DNA of 64,000 bases. Source: Phycisphaerae bacterium. GTDB lineage: Bacteria > Planctomycetota > Phycisphaerae > UBA1845 > Fen-1342. The notes beneath the pieces were generated by a model, which ran no database searches, had not been told where the DNA came from, and saw only the letters and a program-made list of their open reading frames with translations. A program made the translations under genes and the position numbers. This document shows positions 50,455 through 60,076 of the stretch, in pieces; position 1 is the stretch's first letter; every line of letters begins with the position of its first letter. Where the stretch lies: contig CAXXWX010000003.1 of NCBI GenBank assembly GCA_963675745.2, positions 210,417 through 274,416 on the forward strand, in the 5' to 3' direction.

Positions 50455-51366
50455 ATGCAGGCTATCTTATCCATGTTGCGCCGTTGGCTGTTGCTCCTGA
50501 TGACGCTCACGCGCCTGCGCATCACGATCGCGGTCACCCTGACGACGGCCACCGGTTACATATTGGGGGCCGGGTGCGTCGATCTGGGCATGTGGCTTGC
50601 CGTCCTCGGCGTATTCCTGCTGGCATCAGGGTCGTCAGCCCTCAACCAATGCCAGGACGCGCGCATCGACGCGCGGATGGAACGCACCCGGCAACGCCCG
50701 CTGCCGGCGGGGCTCATCGACCTGCCAACCGCGATCTTCGTAGCCATCGTGCTGATGCTGGCCGGCATGTACGTCCTGGCTTCCATCGGTCGGAACACCG
50801 AGCTGCTGCTGGCGCTCGGCGGCCTGGCTATCTTCTGGTACAACGGCGTGTACACCTATCTGAAACGACTGACCGCGTTCGCCGTGATTCCAGGCGCACT
50901 GATCGGCGCTATCCCGCCGGTGATCGGATATATCGCCGCCGGCGGAAGCCTGGCCAGCACAACCGTGCTGCTGGTCGGCACGTTCTTCTTTGTGTGGCAG
51001 ATTCCGCACTTCTGGCTGCTGCTGCTCATGTGTGGCAACCAGTACAGCGCTGCGGGGCTGCCGGTGCTGACGCAGATATTCTCCCCCGGCCAGCTCCTGC
51101 GTGTCACTTTCATGTGGTTGATCGCGACGGCCGCCGCCGGTCTGGTTTTTCCAACCATGGCACACGGCGATATGGCGCTTCCCTGGAACCTGGGCCTCGT
51201 CATTGCCTCGTTCTGGCTGATGGCCAAGGCTATCGGCGTCTTGCGTCCGCCGGCGCGCGCTGACGGCAAGCCGCCGTTCAGACGCGCTTTCATGCAGGTG
51301 AATGCCTACGCGCTGGCGGTGATGGTCTGTCTGTCGCTGAATGCGTTGCAAACCGCCGATATCTGA
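50455..51366 (+). CDS. ctaB: Protoheme IX farnesyltransferase (heme O synthase)
   Basis: ALNQ..D..ID.RMERTR.RPLP; YT.LKR; GAIPP; WQIPHF. Start uncertain (50449-50473). Confidence 0.9.
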   Translation: MQAILSMLRRWLLLLMTLTRLRITIAVTLTTATGYILGAGCVDLGMWLAVLGVFLLASGSSALNQCQDARIDARMERTRQRPLPAGLIDLPTAIFVAIVLMLAGMYVLASIGRNTELLLALGGLAIFWYNGVYTYLKRLTAFAVIPGALIGAIPPVIGYIAAGGSLASTTVLLVGTFFFVWQIPHFWLLLLMCGNQYSAAGLPVLTQIFSPGQLLRVTFMWLIATAAAGLVFPTMAHGDMALPWNLGLVIASFWLMAKAIGVLRPPARADGKPPFRRAFMQVNAYALAVMVCLSLNALQTADI

Positions 51367-51598
51367 CCGGCTCGTCACGTTTCGCCCGCCCCACGCCATA
51401 CCTCTTCCCGATAACCGCAACCCCGGGGCCGCGGTCAGTGCGGGCGAAGGATCTTGCCGGAAAGACGCGTTTGACTGGCGCCCAAGTGATTCGCACACTT
51501 GTATGTGGGACATTGTGGGTAGTCAGAGCAGCGGAGGGACCAGCGACAGCATTCGTCAGTAGTGTCTGGCATCCGATCGCCGGATCGGAGGATACAAG

Positions 51599-51871
51599 AT
51601 GGATGCCGTAAACGAAATCGGGACCGTGGGCGTACCGCCCCCGGCACTGAAACGCACCGACGGCTACGACGTTAGACAACGCGTGGTCGAGGGCGTGGAA
51701 AACGGCGAGACTACCGCCACACATACGCACGCCAGCGCCCTCACACGGGGCGATGCGCTTGTGCAGTTGGTGCGCAACTCCGCCGAGGGATTTGAGGAGA
51801 TGCTCGCCACATCTGCTGAGGCCCAACTGAACGGAACAGGCCTCGGTCAGTTGGTGGATACATACGCGTAG
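51599..51871 (+). CDS. Small hypothetical protein (YjfB-like C-terminal G..VD.YA motif)
   Basis: 90 aa, SD GGAGG, ends GLGQLVDTYA. Confidence 0.5.
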   Translation: MDAVNEIGTVGVPPPALKRTDGYDVRQRVVEGVENGETTATHTHASALTRGDALVQLVRNSAEGFEEMLATSAEAQLNGTGLGQLVDTYA

Positions 51872-52118
51872 TCCCCCGCCTGCGCGCGCAGCAGCGGCAG
51901 TATTGAACGGCTCGCCGAATACGTGCTGGCCGGGCCGGATCTGTGCAGGTTGTCGCATCACGCTGGGCGTGTGGCTTTTTGCGCGCGCGCCGCTTCAACG
52001 ACCGATAAGCTGGTGAATTGGGGGAGGGAGGAAAAGCGGCTGGATTCCGACGCGCCCGCCGGGCGCAGCGCCACCTCGCGCGGCGCCCGCGCGCAGCTAC
52101 AGCCGCTTCAGCCACCTA

Positions 52119-52397
52119 CTATGCGGTGGCCGGCTGCTTCAGCACATTCAGTCGACGTGCCAAACGGCTCTTGCGGCGTGCCGCGAGGTTGCGGTGGATC
52201 AGCCCGCGAGCCGCTTCACGATCCAGGTGTTTGCAGACGTCGCGATAGGCGGCATCGGCGCCGTCAACTTCCTTGCGCGACAGCGCCTCGAGATAGCGTT
52301 TGACACGCTTGCGCAGCGCGGCGCTGCGAGCGCGGTTTTGCTCGCGACGCTTCATGTTCTGTCGGATCCGTTTCTTGGACGAAAGTGAATGTGCCAC
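52119..52397 (-). CDS. rpsT: 30S ribosomal protein S20
   Basis: GTG start after AAGGAG; AHSLSSKKRIRQN; LDR.A.RG.IH.N.AARRKSRL. Confidence 0.93.
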   Translation of the reverse strand: MAHSLSSKKRIRQNMKRREQNRARSAALRKRVKRYLEALSRKEVDGADAAYRDVCKHLDREAARGLIHRNLAARRKSRLARRLNVLKQPATA

Positions 52398-52419
52398 AGA
52401 TACTCCTTTGCTACAACAC

Positions 52420-53886
52420 CTATCCCAACGCCTCCAGCCGCTTGCGCGCATCGCCGTTGGCGTAATTGTAATCCATCCGTAGTAACTTCCCGTAGGCCTC
52501 CTTGGCCGCATCGGTGTCGGCGTTGGCCTCGTGTGCGCGGGCCAGCCAGTACAGCAACTCCTTGCCGAGGTCATCACTGTTCTGTTCACGCCGTTCCAAC
52601 GCGTCTTTCAGCACTTCGCGCGCCTGCGAGTACGCTTCGTTCTCGTGGAAACAGCGGCCGATGAGCAATTGCGCCTGCTCGCGTGAACGCGGCTCGCCTT
52701 GCGCTTCCTGCAAGAGCGGGATCGCCTCGTCGAACCGCCGCGCCGTGAACAGCACGCGTCCCAGCTTGAACTTCATGCGCAAATCGGTCGGGTATTTGGC
52801 GACTCGCTCGCGAAAGATCTCGGTCTCGGCGGTGATCTGCTCGGACGCCGTCAGCCGCGCTTGCTGTTTGTCCTCGGCGCTGCCGGACTCACGAGCTTTG
52901 GCCAGCATGCGCCGGGTACGGCGCTGCAATTGACGCATGCGGATGTCATCCGCGCGCATTTTCCAACTGTAATTGTCGGTGGACTTGAAGGCCTCATCGA
53001 GCACCGAGATCGCCGCGTCTTCCTCATCTTCACGATCACGCCGCAACAGCGTATCGACATACGCCAGAATCGTGTTGGGCGTCGTCGGATCTTCCTCATA
53101 CGCCGCACGCGCGGCGGCGATCAGATTGTCTACGGTCTGGTCGCCCTGCTTTACACGTTCGGTGTCGTGCAAGATCTTCTGCGCGTCGGCGTCCTGGATC
53201 GAGTCACGGAAAGAGCCATCGCCCTCATACTTCCCGCGCGCGATTGTGAGCTTGCCCGACATCTCCCGTTGCTCATCGCGCAGCTTGCCGTCCGACGGGT
53301 TCCGCGCCACGAGATATTCGAGAGAGTTCACCGCCTGCTCGTAAAAATAGGCCGCCAACTGCGTCGCACGCGCGTCGCTGGCCTTGTCGCCCGCCTCGGT
53401 GAGCGTTTGACGGAACACCTTGAAGCGACCCAGATTGGGTTTCTTGTCCTTGCGCAGCGAATCGAGGCCCTTCTGCGCTATCCATTTCAGCGTTTCGAAA
53501 TACCCAGCCTTGGCGGCATTCTTCATCAACCCGTCAATATAGCTGCTGCTGGTCGGATCCTTGGCCATCAGGTATTCAGCGTTGAGCATCGCCTTGTGGG
53601 CGTCCTTGCCGGTCATCGACCGTCTCAAGCCGTCCATCATGGTCGGCTTTTTGCCGCCGGCCTGGCGTCGCTGCACGGCCAGCGACCAGAGCGGCATGTG
53701 CCCCTCTTCAACCGCCTCCGGCCAAAAGGACAACCCGGTGATAAAACACTCGATGGCGTAATCGTAGTCGCGACGTTCGCGGGTGTCGGCCGCCTTCTTG
53801 AACCACGCGCGGGCCTTCTTCTTGTCGGCCTCCGTGAACTCGACGCAGCCCGACTCCGGCTGTTGGTCTGTGGTCTTTTCCGCCAT
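52420..53886 (-). CDS. Tetratricopeptide-repeat protein
   Basis: Helical TPR-like units (YDYAIECF; FKLGRVLF..RFDEAIPLLQEA; LLYWLARA.E; DYNY..GD.RKRL). Confidence 0.8.
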   Translation of the reverse strand: MAEKTTDQQPESGCVEFTEADKKKARAWFKKAADTRERRDYDYAIECFITGLSFWPEAVEEGHMPLWSLAVQRRQAGGKKPTMMDGLRRSMTGKDAHKAMLNAEYLMAKDPTSSSYIDGLMKNAAKAGYFETLKWIAQKGLDSLRKDKKPNLGRFKVFRQTLTEAGDKASDARATQLAAYFYEQAVNSLEYLVARNPSDGKLRDEQREMSGKLTIARGKYEGDGSFRDSIQDADAQKILHDTERVKQGDQTVDNLIAAARAAYEEDPTTPNTILAYVDTLLRRDREDEEDAAISVLDEAFKSTDNYSWKMRADDIRMRQLQRRTRRMLAKARESGSAEDKQQARLTASEQITAETEIFRERVAKYPTDLRMKFKLGRVLFTARRFDEAIPLLQEAQGEPRSREQAQLLIGRCFHENEAYSQAREVLKDALERREQNSDDLGKELLYWLARAHEANADTDAAKEAYGKLLRMDYNYANGDARKRLEALG

Positions 53887-54083
53887 TCGCTACCTTATCC
53901 ACTGAACAATCGCCGCCCTGATCGGCGGCCCGCATGCCAGGGCACGCGCGAAGTTCTGTAATATACACTGCTTGCGGAGAATCCCAAAGGCCCCCAGCGG
54001 ACGCCGTGCGCGTTTTTTGCCACCTCCAGAGGCACCTCCGCGGGCTATGCCCGGGCGACAGCGCTGCATTTCGGAGGCACACA

Positions 54084-54605
54084 CTATTTCACCGGCAGCG
54101 AGCCGTCCAACAGGCCGGCCACAAGAACAAATGCCCAACTCCCCAGCAGCAACACCAGTAGTGCGGCAAAGAGACGAAACGGCGTCAGCCAGGGCCAATA
54201 CAGCATTGGGCACCGCCCGACGATAACCACCCAACCGGCCCCAAAGACGACACCTATGGTCGCAAGTGCCAGCACAAATCCGCCCGGCTGAACGCGCGCC
54301 GCGCGCAGCCACTGCCCACGCACCGTGTGCGCAAAGGCGGTCGTCATCCCGCACGTCGGGCACGGGTAGCCGGTGGTTACCAGCATGGCGCACGGGCCCT
54401 GGTACGGAATCTGCGTGTGGGTGCCGTAACCGAGCGGGTTTGGCTTCAGCCGCGCCGCCATCAACAGGAGCCCCACTGCGCCCAGCATGATCAGCAGGGC
54501 AACAGCCCTGGTACGCCATGACGACCGCCTGGCCGTCCACGCCTCCGTCGGCGGTTGCTCCTCGGCCGCCGGCGCCTGATCTGTGGTCTCCCGCGTATCC
54601 GTCAA
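54084..54605 (-). CDS. DUF2752 family membrane protein
   Basis: GTH.Q...PC.....GYPCPTCGMTTAF; three TM segments. TTG start inferred. Confidence 0.8.
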   Translation of the reverse strand: MTDTRETTDQAPAAEEQPPTEAWTARRSSWRTRAVALLIMLGAVGLLLMAARLKPNPLGYGTHTQIPYQGPCAMLVTTGYPCPTCGMTTAFAHTVRGQWLRAARVQPGGFVLALATIGVVFGAGWVVIVGRCPMLYWPWLTPFRLFAALLVLLLGSWAFVLVAGLLDGSLPVK

Positions 54606-54609
54606 CAAC

Positions 54610-55083
54610 TTACTTCCGCCGACCTCGAGTTGCCGTCCGCGCTGTCGCCGGTGGCTTGCGCTTTGGCCGGCGTCCACCCAGTATCTGCAGCGCCTTGCTG
54701 ACATCTGACACGCGGAACACGCCCAAGGCCTTGCCGTTGCGGCTGCCCGTGGTGACGTAGGCGTAGTTGACACTTATGTGTGCCGAAGCCAGTCGCTCCA
54801 CGACATCGGCCAAGGCGCCGGGACGGTTCGGCAGCGTTGCCAGCAGGACGTTCGTCTCCGCCGTCGAAACCTCGAGCGACGATAAGCTGTCGCGAGCGGC
54901 TTCCGGGTTCTCCGCAACCAATCGTAACACCCCGTGCTCGGTCGAATCCATCATGCTGATGGCTAGTACGTTGATCTTGTCCTCGGCGATGCGCTGGCAT
55001 ACGCGCGCCAAGGTCCCCGGCTTGTTCACCAAAAACACGGAGAACTGCGTTTCGGTTCTGATCGCCTGGTGGTTGTCATTCAT
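54610..55083 (-). CDS. Tandem ACT-domain protein
   Basis: QFSVFLVNKPGTLA; LPNRPGALA...ISVNYAY. Confidence 0.85.
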   Translation of the reverse strand: MNDNHQAIRTETQFSVFLVNKPGTLARVCQRIAEDKINVLAISMMDSTEHGVLRLVAENPEAARDSLSSLEVSTAETNVLLATLPNRPGALADVVERLASAHISVNYAYVTTGSRNGKALGVFRVSDVSKALQILGGRRPKRKPPATARTATRGRRK

Positions 55084-56177
55084 GGATGACTCCCCTGCGC
55101 TGCCCGCCCGCAATCCCATGTGTCGACCGTTGCGCGGGCTGTAGTAGTATCCCCAAAACTCGCGTCGAGATTCCGCGTGTCTGGACCCACGTGGATGCGA
55201 GCATCCGCGCCGGATTGGCCGCCGGCGGCACCCCCAACATTCCCGCCGTGACGCGGCCAGCCGATGGCGTTCGCGTGATCGTCAGTTCACTCCCGCGTTG
55301 GTCACTTCACCCATCGTGGTGCCCGGCGCCGGACCGCTGGCGCCTCTCGATGTGTCACTATATCACCGCCGGCCCCAAGCGCCCACTCGGACACGCCGCA
55401 CGTGCCAGCGGGTCAGCCGGCCTGCCGTCAGATTATACGGCGCAGCGCGCCCGCACGCCGCCGCGCGGCGTGACCATGCCAAGCCAGAACTGGTTAGCGG
55501 GCGGCGGCACTGTGTGGCTGGCGACATCGCCGAGCGTACCTGTCCGCCCCTGCCCAGTGTCTAACGCGAATTGTGCCCCCTTCGAAGCGCGCCCGCGCAC
55601 AACGTGTAGTACGACGATCGTCGGCGTGGTTGCGCGAGTGCAGGGCGCCGCCAACTTGACCGAGAATGAGCGCGCTTAAAACCGTGTCATCTCGCGTGCC
55701 AGTTGACGAAGCAAGCGGCGTGCGTTTGTTGGGGTTTTCAGTCCGATAGCGTTGTCGATGGGTTGTGCATGAAACGGTATCTAGGAGCGCCGCCACGGTC
55801 CATATATAAAGAGGGCACCAGGGGCCCTTAAGGCGTCCCGGTGCTCTCCGGAGGGGAAAGAAGCCTGGTAAGTCTCGCCTGTTCAACAGGCTATGACAAG
55901 CTCCCTCTCATATGATGTCAAACGGCGCGATCCCGATCTTACGTCCGGAACCTGCTTATCACTATACGTAATCATAACATCGGTTGTTCGCCCTGTCACC
56001 ATTAGCCTAACCAAAGTTTTTTGCCGCGTACTGCGGCCCCGGGAGCCTTCCTGCAATTGTATTTGTAATAAGGACTTATAGATTATCGGAAGTTGGGCCG
56101 CCAGAAAAAAGTACCCCTTTTTCCGGAATTTCTACCTTTCATATACCCCCGGAACCGCTCCCAGCCCCCAATCTGTC

Positions 56178-57539
56178 CTATTTCCCGATGCAGAAGTTTC
56201 CGAATATACGCGCCAGAACTTCCTCCCCGACCGGGCCACGCTCCAACAGCTCCAGCGCCATCAGACCTTCGCGAAGCTCAAAGGCAACCGCGTCGGGAGA
56301 CGTAATCTCATGTTCCGCTTGCGACGCAACTTCGCGCGCGCGTGACAGCGACGCGCGCACGCCGCCCAGGCGCTCGTCGATCGGGCGCGTCACGTCCGTC
56401 GCGCGCAACTGGTTAACGTGGCGGTTGATGCACGCCGCAAGGGCATCGATGCCAGCGCCAGTGGCCCCACTTGTTTCGACCACGTCCATGAACTCCAATG
56501 CGCGCGGCGACGGCCGGTGTTCGTGCGGCAGGTCCGCCTTGCTGTTAACCAGAACCACCGGGCGTTCAAGAAGCCGACCGCAAGCCTGAATCTCAACATC
56601 GGTCCAGGACTCGGTCGTGGCGTGCACCCACAAGATCAGATCAGCCTCATCGGCCGTGCGCTCCGCGGCCAGGTGCGCCGCCAACTCGAGTTCGTCAGGC
56701 GAGCGGCCCAACCCGGCGCAATCCTGAAGCACCAGAGCCGACCCACCCACGCAGGTCTCCGCCGAGAGGACATCGCGCGTCGTACCCAAAACCGGCGAGA
56801 CGATCGCACGCTCGAATCCCAGCAGCGAGTTGAATAGCGTGCTCTTGCCGGCGTTTGGTAATCCAGCGAGGGCGACGTGGGTCTTGACGGCGTTCTGCAA
56901 GCCCGCCGGCTGGCGCGAGGCCACGTCCATCCGCGCGCACAGGCCGTCGATGGCCCGGCAGAACTGACCCGGCGTGATGAAACGCACGTCCTCCTCGTCC
57001 GTGAAGTCGATGCCGGCTTCAACGGCGGCCAGGAGGTCCAGCAGACGCTCGTGCAGGTCATGGAAGAGGGATTCGTGCGACCGGCGATCACCTCGCGCTG
57101 CACGGCGGGCTGCGCTGGCGTCCGCACAATTGACCAGCTCCAGCACGGCATCGACCTCATCGGCGTCGAGCTTGCCATTCAGGAATGCGCGGGAGGTGAA
57201 TTCACCCGGCAGCGCCCGTCGCGCGCCAAGTCGCAGGAAGTCGGCCGCAACCATGCGCAAGAGCGGCAGCGCGCCGACAGTGTGAATCTCAACCAGATCC
57301 TGGCCCGTGTATGAGCGCGGGGTTTGAAACCAGATGACGTCCGCCGGCATGCCGCGTCCACCCGCGCGCCTGACAGTGTGACGCGTCGCGCGCGGGCAGC
57401 GCGCAGGAGGCGGCGTTATACCGGCCGCCGCCAGCAAGCCGAACGTCCGCGGGCCGCTGAGTCTGATAACCCCCACTTGCGCCGGTTCCCAGGCGCTGGA
57501 AACCGCGATGATCGTGTCGTCTGTGGCGGGAAGCTGCAT
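56178..57539 (-). CDS. mnmE: tRNA modification GTPase MnmE
   Basis: DTI.A; IRLSG; PRSYTGQD; PGEFT.RAFLNGK; GLPNAGKS; GTTRD; C-terminal FCIGK. Confidence 0.92.
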   Translation of the reverse strand: MQLPATDDTIIAVSSAWEPAQVGVIRLSGPRTFGLLAAAGITPPPARCPRATRHTVRRAGGRGMPADVIWFQTPRSYTGQDLVEIHTVGALPLLRMVAADFLRLGARRALPGEFTSRAFLNGKLDADEVDAVLELVNCADASAARRAARGDRRSHESLFHDLHERLLDLLAAVEAGIDFTDEEDVRFITPGQFCRAIDGLCARMDVASRQPAGLQNAVKTHVALAGLPNAGKSTLFNSLLGFERAIVSPVLGTTRDVLSAETCVGGSALVLQDCAGLGRSPDELELAAHLAAERTADEADLILWVHATTESWTDVEIQACGRLLERPVVLVNSKADLPHEHRPSPRALEFMDVVETSGATGAGIDALAACINRHVNQLRATDVTRPIDERLGGVRASLSRAREVASQAEHEITSPDAVAFELREGLMALELLERGPVGEEVLARIFGNFCIGK

Positions 57540-57556
57540 GACGAGGGCAAATGACG

Positions 57557-58204
57557 CTACGGATCACCGACCGGCTCCGACGGTGCGTCGGTCGCTGTGC
57601 CGGGATTCACCGTCGGCGCCGTGGTCGGTGACGGCCCGGCCGGTTGAATTACGGCGACGGTGGGCTCCCAGTAAACTCGGGCAACGCGCCATTCCGGAAG
57701 TGACGCCGCCTTGCGCGTCAGATCGATACGCAGCACCGCCTCGCTGTCGCCGGCCTTGGCCGGGATCGCAGCCGTCACCGCCAGCATATCATCAGTCGGC
57801 TCCGGCACGACCATCTGATCGGCATCAAATCCGTCGCGGTAGTACGAAACCAACGCGGCCCAGTTGCCGACCACCTGGCCTACGATCACTTCGCGATCCA
57901 TCTCGCGGACGCTATTGCCCCGGTACCGGGCCAGCATTCCATCGGCGTCGACAAACTCCATGGCACGCGCCGTACACGTATCGAACAGCTCCGTTCCGTC
58001 CCTGGGGCGTAAGTCCAGCTCGATGTTCAGGAACTCGAGCAGCGATCGTACGGCCTCCCGTGGCGTGCCGAGCTGGGGCTGAAAGGCGGCCAGCGCGGCC
58101 GCCCGGTCGCCGGCGTCACCCTTCCCGTCGCAGCCAAACATCAAGCTGCCGGCCAAGGCACCTATCATCACGAGGGGGATCGCGGTGTTGCGTCGCACGT
58201 TCAT
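57557..58204 (-). CDS. Hypothetical lipoprotein
   Basis: Basic N-terminus, hydrophobic core and lipobox-like LMFGC; Pro/Thr-rich tail. Confidence 0.6.
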   Translation of the reverse strand: MNVRRNTAIPLVMIGALAGSLMFGCDGKGDAGDRAAALAAFQPQLGTPREAVRSLLEFLNIELDLRPRDGTELFDTCTARAMEFVDADGMLARYRGNSVREMDREVIVGQVVGNWAALVSYYRDGFDADQMVVPEPTDDMLAVTAAIPAKAGDSEAVLRIDLTRKAASLPEWRVARVYWEPTVAVIQPAGPSPTTAPTVNPGTATDAPSEPVGDP

Positions 58205-58228
58205 CGACTAAGAAGCTCCCGTCTGGCG

Positions 58229-59914
58229 TCAGGTGATTGCCTTCGGATCGAGTTTCTCAAAGAGAATCTCCGGTTCGCCCAGTCGGTCACCGGGTGTCGG
58301 AGGAGGCGGCGGCTCCCAACGAACCGGCTCGTCGCCGACGCCGAGCATATCGCGCAGTTTCTTGGAGGCACCCGGCATGAACGGGTGGCACAAAATCGCC
58401 AGGTAATGGGCCGCATGGACACAGGTAGCGATCGTCGCGGCACAGTCAGCCTCGTCGGTTTTGCGTGTCTGCCACGGCTGGCGCTCATTGAAATACTCGT
58501 TACAAGCGTGGGCATATGACATCATATGCTCGAGCGCAGCGCGGAACTGGTGGTGCTCGATCAGCTCACCGACCTTGCTCAAGGCCTCATTGCCGCGCTC
58601 GATCAGGGCCCGGTCGACGTCGGTCTGCGCGGGACCGTCAGGCACGCGGCCGGCGTAGTGCTTGGCCACAAAAGCCGTCATGAAGCGATTGATGAAGTTC
58701 CCGAAAGTGGCAACCAGCTCGGCGTTGTTCCGCGTGACAAACTCCGTCATATCAAACGTCGTGCGCGACGTCTCGGGCGCGACCGCGGTCAGCGCGTAAC
58801 GCAGCGCATCCGGGTCATACTGCCTGAGGAACTCCTCGATCCAAACCGGCGAGCGCTCGTCGGTCTTGCTCTTGCTGATCTTCTGCTCCTGGCCGTCGAT
58901 GCGTATGTTCAGGAAGTTGTTGGCCACTACCGCGGTCGGGAGCTGAAAACGTTCATCAGCCATCAACATCGCCGGCCAGATCAGCGCATGGAAGACGGTG
59001 TTGTCCTCGCCGATGAAGTGGATGATCGCGCAATCCGGATCCTGCCACCAATACTCGTGGCCGACGCCGTCGCCACGGGCCGCGCACAACGCCGCCGTGA
59101 ACGAGATATACCCGATGGGCGCATCGAACCAGACGAACATGACCTTGTCTTTGGCGTCCGGATCATCGAGCGGCACAGGAATGCCCCATTCGATGTCGCG
59201 CGTCATCGCGCGCTCCGGCAGACCCTGCTTGATCTGTCCCAGCGCGAAATTGAGCACCTGCGGCCGCCACTGACCGCGCTTTGATTCCAGCCAGCTCCCC
59301 AGCATGAGCTCGAAATCGGCGAGCTTGATATACCAGTGGGTGGTCTCGCGAATCTCCGCCTTTTGCCCCTCGGTGATGGTGCTTTCCGGGTTCACGAGCA
59401 ACAGCGGATCGATCATCTGTCCACATGCGTCGCACTGGTCGCCGTTGGCATCCGGCGCGCCACAATGATGACAAGTGCCCCTGACATAGCGATCCGGCAG
59501 AAAACGCTTGGCCTGGGGATCATAAAGCTGGCGCGTGGTCTTCTTGGTGAAATAGCCCTTTTCGTAAATCCGCAGGAAGAACTCCTGACTGAGCTTTTCG
59601 TGGATGTCACGGAATTCTGGTTGGTGGGTGCCGCCGTAGATGTCGAACTCGATGCCGAGCCCGGCAAAGTCCGCCTTTTGCGTCTCGTGGTAGAAGGTGG
59701 AGATTTCCTGCGGCGTCTTGCCGGCCTGCATGGCGGAAATTTCGATCGCGACGCCGTTGTCATCGCTGCCGCACACGAAACACACGTCGCGGCCGCACGC
59801 CCGCAGGTAGCGCACATAGGTATCAGCCGGCAGATACGCGCCGGCGATGTGGCCGACGTGCAGCCGGTTGTTCGAATAGGGCAGACCGACAGTAACCAGA
59901 AATCGTTTCGCCAT
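58229..59914 (-). CDS. metG: Methionine--tRNA ligase (short form, no C-terminal dimerisation domain)
   Basis: LPY.N..LHVGH; YLPAD; Zn knuckle CHHC...CDAC; WFDAPIGY; KISKS. Confidence 0.95.
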   Translation of the reverse strand: MAKRFLVTVGLPYSNNRLHVGHIAGAYLPADTYVRYLRACGRDVCFVCGSDDNGVAIEISAMQAGKTPQEISTFYHETQKADFAGLGIEFDIYGGTHQPEFRDIHEKLSQEFFLRIYEKGYFTKKTTRQLYDPQAKRFLPDRYVRGTCHHCGAPDANGDQCDACGQMIDPLLLVNPESTITEGQKAEIRETTHWYIKLADFELMLGSWLESKRGQWRPQVLNFALGQIKQGLPERAMTRDIEWGIPVPLDDPDAKDKVMFVWFDAPIGYISFTAALCAARGDGVGHEYWWQDPDCAIIHFIGEDNTVFHALIWPAMLMADERFQLPTAVVANNFLNIRIDGQEQKISKSKTDERSPVWIEEFLRQYDPDALRYALTAVAPETSRTTFDMTEFVTRNNAELVATFGNFINRFMTAFVAKHYAGRVPDGPAQTDVDRALIERGNEALSKVGELIEHHQFRAALEHMMSYAHACNEYFNERQPWQTRKTDEADCAATIATCVHAAHYLAILCHPFMPGASKKLRDMLGVGDEPVRWEPPPPPTPGDRLGEPEILFEKLDPKAIT

Positions 59915-60076
59915 GCGCTAGTGCTCCGACAGAACAGCCAAGAGCGACGATGTTATTGGCGCGCAGGGGTACTCGCAAATGAAAAAGGGGACATTCTGAT
60001 TTCGGTGGGGTTTGAGACCCGCGCAATCCGGCGTAGCGGCCGCCGCCGGCTATCGTGAGCGTGGCACGTGTTTCGG

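Noticed and set aside
55680..56175. oriC next to mnmE
   Set aside because: No convincing cluster of TTATCCACA-type DnaA boxes, and no dnaA/rpmH/yidC nearby.
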